From positions 496,001 through 522,901 of the forward strand of contig QPGO01000041.1 in NCBI GenBank assembly GCA_008632985.1: 26,901 nucleotides of DNA, read 5' to 3'. A program made the position numbers and the translations under genes. Below the pieces are notes generated by a model. The model was not told where the DNA came from. It searched no databases and saw only the letters and a program-made list of their open reading frames with translations. Of this stretch, positions 23,501 through 26,901 are shown piece after piece (the first letter of the stretch is position 1; each line of letters starts with the position of its first letter). The stretch is from Psammoneis japonica (taxonomy: Eukaryota).

Positions 23501-23643
23501 AATTTGGACCTGTTGCGCTTGACAAGATGATCAAGACGTTCAAGACGCACCGATGTGCTCTTGATTTTGAGTTCAAGTTCGTTCGCTGCGTTGCGGAGAA
23601 CGAGGTTGCAGCGAATGAGGTTGCAGCTGCGATCTTGGAGTGA
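20512..23643 (+). pseudogene. Large IS630/Tc1/mariner-like DDE transposase pseudogene (~1040 codons)
   Basis: ORFs 20512..21114, 21235..23319 and 23392..23643 share one frame, broken by TGA at 21112 and 23317, with a probable compensated frameshift at ~23100-23225. Motifs: CVDGH, WGQDEAIYKQF, PKDEG, EGCWNYNHM, FFFDHSAGH, MNLGWGG, GKPKGLLQVLIERG, TPECHAELAGEGTEHLWACSK, FKTHRCALDF. No TIRs identified. Confidence 0.8.
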
Positions 23644-24065
23644 ATTTCGGAGCAAATTTTCAAAATCGCGCAGCCACAGTGTAATTCGTACGGGGACATT
23701 TTTATGACGTCAACATGACAATCACCATCATTGTTAGAGAGCTTGTTTCATTTTATGCCAGCTTACGTACATTTCTACACCAAGGAGTGTCACGACAAAT
23801 CCAGCAATACGTGTGGTCGCAAATCTGCAAATCGACAACCGGCCATGGCGGTGAAAGACTTTGCCCCATTGGCCGATGACAGCAGCTCAACGTGTGGTGA
23901 TGCCTGCCATCCTTCTGGTTGGTCAAGATGGGGTTTTATTCGGGCGCAGCTTGAATTTTGTGATCGCGAGTGTGCTGTCACGAATCTACCGCGTCCAGAA
24001 TGCTGAGCTGCTGGCGTGTTGTTGTGTGTTGTGTGCACGCAAGTCACAAACTCTCTTTTATGCAG

Positions 24066-25310
24066 CATTGTTGTAATCGCGTGTGTCAGAGTTTTGCATC
24101 CAGAATCATCATAAGTTGCCATAAATTACACTGTCCAAACAAGGCATGTACAAAAAGAGGTTCGTTGGTTTTTGACACATTTGCTGACAACACATCCGTC
24201 TTCTCCAATTTCTGTGTCCAGACCCAGAAAGACTGCAGGCGGTGCTTGTTCCTGCAGCTCTCAGAATCACACATGTGAAAAGTTCTTTACCATGTATGAC
24301 ACTCTTCAAAGAAGGCACGCACAAAAAGAGCTTCATTTGTTTTTGATGTGTTCACTTATGTTGCATCCATCTTCTCCAACTTCTGTGTCCAGATCCAGAA
24401 AGACTGCAGAGGCAGAGAGTGGGGAGGCAACCCATTGGAGGTTGCCTGAGTTGTTGGGCTCATTTTTAAAGGCTTCCCAAGTCTCTCCGCTGTTTGTGGT
24501 CAAGAGCAGCAGGGGGGGTCGACTGCAACAACCACAGCAGCTGCCAATTCCATGTCGATGGGTCGGGAACCGGCAGCAGAAGCTCCCGAATCGGCGGCGG
24601 CGGCGGATGCACCTGCAAGTCTACATTGAGGTTTCAATTGGTTGCTGTTGTTGTCCCACACACTCTCACAAAGTGTCACACATTTCTTTGCACTGAACAA
24701 GGTGGATCAGAGCAATGTTGCTTCACATGGTCCTGAATCGGCTTCGCGGGGTCGGGAACCGGCGGCAGAAGTGACCGAATTGGCCACGGCAGATGCACCA
24801 GCAAGTCCATGTTGCGGTTTCAATTGGTTGCTGTTGTTGTCCTGTACACTCTCACAAAGCATTTTGCACTTCTTTGCAATGAACAAGGTGGATCAGAGCA
24901 GTGTCACTTCACCTGGTCCGGAATCAGCGGCGCTGGACACACAGGCAAGTCTGCACATTGACGTCTCCATTGGTTGTGGTTGGTTCATCTTTGTTGTACT
25001 CTCACAATGTTTTCTGCACCGTTCGACAATGAACAAGGTGGCTGCCAGTGCTGGCAGTGGCTCTTCAAGAAAGAGAACTGCAGCAGCTGCTACAAACTCA
25101 CCTGCTCCAGAATCGGCGGTGCCGGATGCACCGGCAAGTCTATGTTGCTGTTCCTGTTGGTGGTGTTAGTTCATCCACATTGTACTCTCACAACGCATTC
25201 TGCACTTTTTTGGCAAATGACAAGGTGGCTGCAAGCAGTGGCACTTGAAGAAAGTGAGCTGCAACTGCTGCAGACTCCAGGGTGTTGTCTCCATCGGCGT
25301 CATTTAATTT
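24066..25310 (+). pseudogene. Intron-rich pseudogene with six predicted phase-0 introns and duplicated exon-intron modules (Ala/Ser/Pro-rich product)
   Basis: Predicted introns 24144-24221, 24315-24392, 24615-24701, 24801-24887, 24945-25037 and 25134-25224. All begin GCA and end AG, most with CTCAC/CTGAC-like branch sites. Intervening exons of 93, 222, 99, 57 and 96 nt keep one frame. In-frame stops are TGA. Ends approximate. Confidence 0.65.
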
Positions 25311-26593
25311 AAATGTAAACAACAAAATAGAATGTTCATGGTGCAATGCAAATGATTTTAATTTACAGGTTTTGCAGGGACAGAGGGTGGGCACTCTCAC
25401 AGGGAAAACGTGCCCCTGTTTCATGGTGAAACATTTTTTCTCATGGGGAGGGGGGGTCTGATCCCACAGCATAAAAATGTCAATCTATCATGGTTGACAT
25501 GTCATTGCCAGCTACACAACTAATGAGGTTTGAAACCATAAAAAAATTGTCCATGAAAGGAACAAAAATCACAATGAAAAGATGTGTGATGATCACTGCA
25601 TTGCGCGCTCTGATGGAGAACGCACAGAGTGGCAAGCATGAGTGAAGAAGTTTTGAAGATGTGGCCTCTGCAATTGCAGCTGGGTCACAAGGGGAACTCA
25701 AGGAGTTTTGGAACGGTGGTGCACTCACCTGGGCCAACTGACATGACCACTTCCCCATGCCCAGCTCTGTCGTTTGCAGTTTTGGAGTGTTGTTGCGGCT
25801 TTTGTGAGATCCCAACGGTGACCAACATTAAAAGCAGAAGCTCTCACGTCTCCAACAATGTGTCTGCCAAGTCACCTGACTGTGCAGTTGGAGAGAACGA
25901 GAAATGGTGTTGTTCTCACTTTTGCTGTGCTTCGCCGTGTAAAAATCAACCCAGCACAATGATCCACGCCGTTTTCACGGCAAAATTGAGCCACATTTTC
26001 AAGTGCTGCATGATGAAGTCTACCTTTTTGTCACCCTTCCTGCTCTGTGTAAATTCCCTGTCATCCCTTGAGCAATGCCAGCAGTCCAACTCTTGCCCAT
26101 CATCGTCATCAAGGTCCAACTCGGCAAATCGACAGGTCACATTTCTGGCAAACGGCTCTTAGAACGACAGAGAAATTGAACCTGTGCAGTTTGTTGGCCC
26201 AAGAGCGCACGCGGCAAAATGGGGCTTGGTGGGATCCTTGGCTGTCACCTCAACCGCCATGGTCCATTTGGGCAATGAGGTTGGTTTTTCTAAAAATGTG
26301 GCACCTGCGTGATTTCCATGGCGTCCCCACCCACACCGGTGACAGCAGTTTCCATCCGCAAGCAAGTGAGCACGCACCAATGCGCAGATGTTCTTGTCTC
26401 ATTTTGTGCTGCACGAGGTGCGCATGTGACATCGCAAGTTCAACATGGGACTCGAACAAACGCGGTTGACAGTCGAGATGCAGTCCTGCAGCTGGCAGGA
26501 TGGATGAGACCTCGGAGGTTGGCAGCAACATGAATGGCAACAGAGGCAAACAGACGCTTTGTTCAAAGTCGTTGTCCAGAAAATTGCAACGAA

Positions 26594-26901
26594 TGTCATT
26601 GCTTCTGTTTGAATCGATTTTGTGATGAGCTGTTTGTTTTTGAAGAGAAAATCTGAGTCTGGGTTGCAGTCGTGAGATGCGACCAGAATGACGTTGAGTC
26701 GTGACTCTCCCTCTCAACCGAGAGAGCTTGCCAGCCCATGAGAGCCTTTCCAGCAGTGCAGAACTCATCGGTCCGCAGTCCCTTTGTGAACTGATTGGCC
26801 AGTTGCTCTAGAGTGCTGACAGGTTGGATGTCGATCTCCAATTGTTCGACTTTGGTCCTAAACCAGTGGTGCGGGACACCGATGTGTTTGGTTCGCGGAG
26901 A
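26594..26901 (-). mobile_element. 3' end of a Ty1/copia (CoDi-like) LTR retrotransposon: RNase H C-terminus, PPT and probable short 3' LTR
   Basis: SPRTKHIGVPHHWFR...QLANQFTKGL...KALMGW (26731-26901), next codon CAA where the stop is expected, PPT GAGAGGGAG (26707-26715). LTR extent (~26594-26706) is tentative. The element continues beyond the window. Confidence 0.85.

Noticed and set aside
4953..25457. Inverted similarity CCCCCC.CCCCATGA.AAAAAA at ~4954-4977 and ~25433-25457 as TIRs of a giant element
   Set aside because: Mostly homopolymer runs, similarity does not extend cleanly and no TSD was found.
25480..26590. Possible minus-strand gene remnant (AELDLDDDDGQELDCW...)
   Set aside because: Protein-like in places but broken by multiple stops and without a recognisable motif.

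Overview
Eukaryotic DNA, most likely a diatom (inferred from the transposon and protein families). The first ~1.08 kb has normal composition and holds the 3' part of an intact gene. The remaining ~25.8 kb is a cluster of decayed transposons and pseudogenes in which TpA (and to a lesser degree CpG) has largely been replaced by TpG/CpA. Conserved Tyr codons read Cys/His, a TAA stop reads CAA, apparent GTA splice donors read GCA, and paired repeats differ by TG<->CA swaps. This TpA-erasing signature, opposite in direction to fungal RIP, is the most striking signal. The cluster contains a three-level nest with resolvable junctions: an APE-RT-RNase H non-LTR retrotransposon (7771-18446, 17-bp TSD, oligo-T 3' end) carries a copia-type TRIM (10775-13539; 79-bp LTRs, half-tRNAiMet PBS, PPT, 5-bp TSD), which carries a 2.1-kb TIR element with hairpin arrays and a passenger gene (10903-13050). 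Downstream are a MITE (19485-20266), a ~1040-codon IS630/Tc1/mariner-like transposase pseudogene, a six-intron pseudogene built from duplicated exon-intron modules, and the 3' end of a Ty1/copia element. All calls are from reading the sequence by eye; no searches were run.
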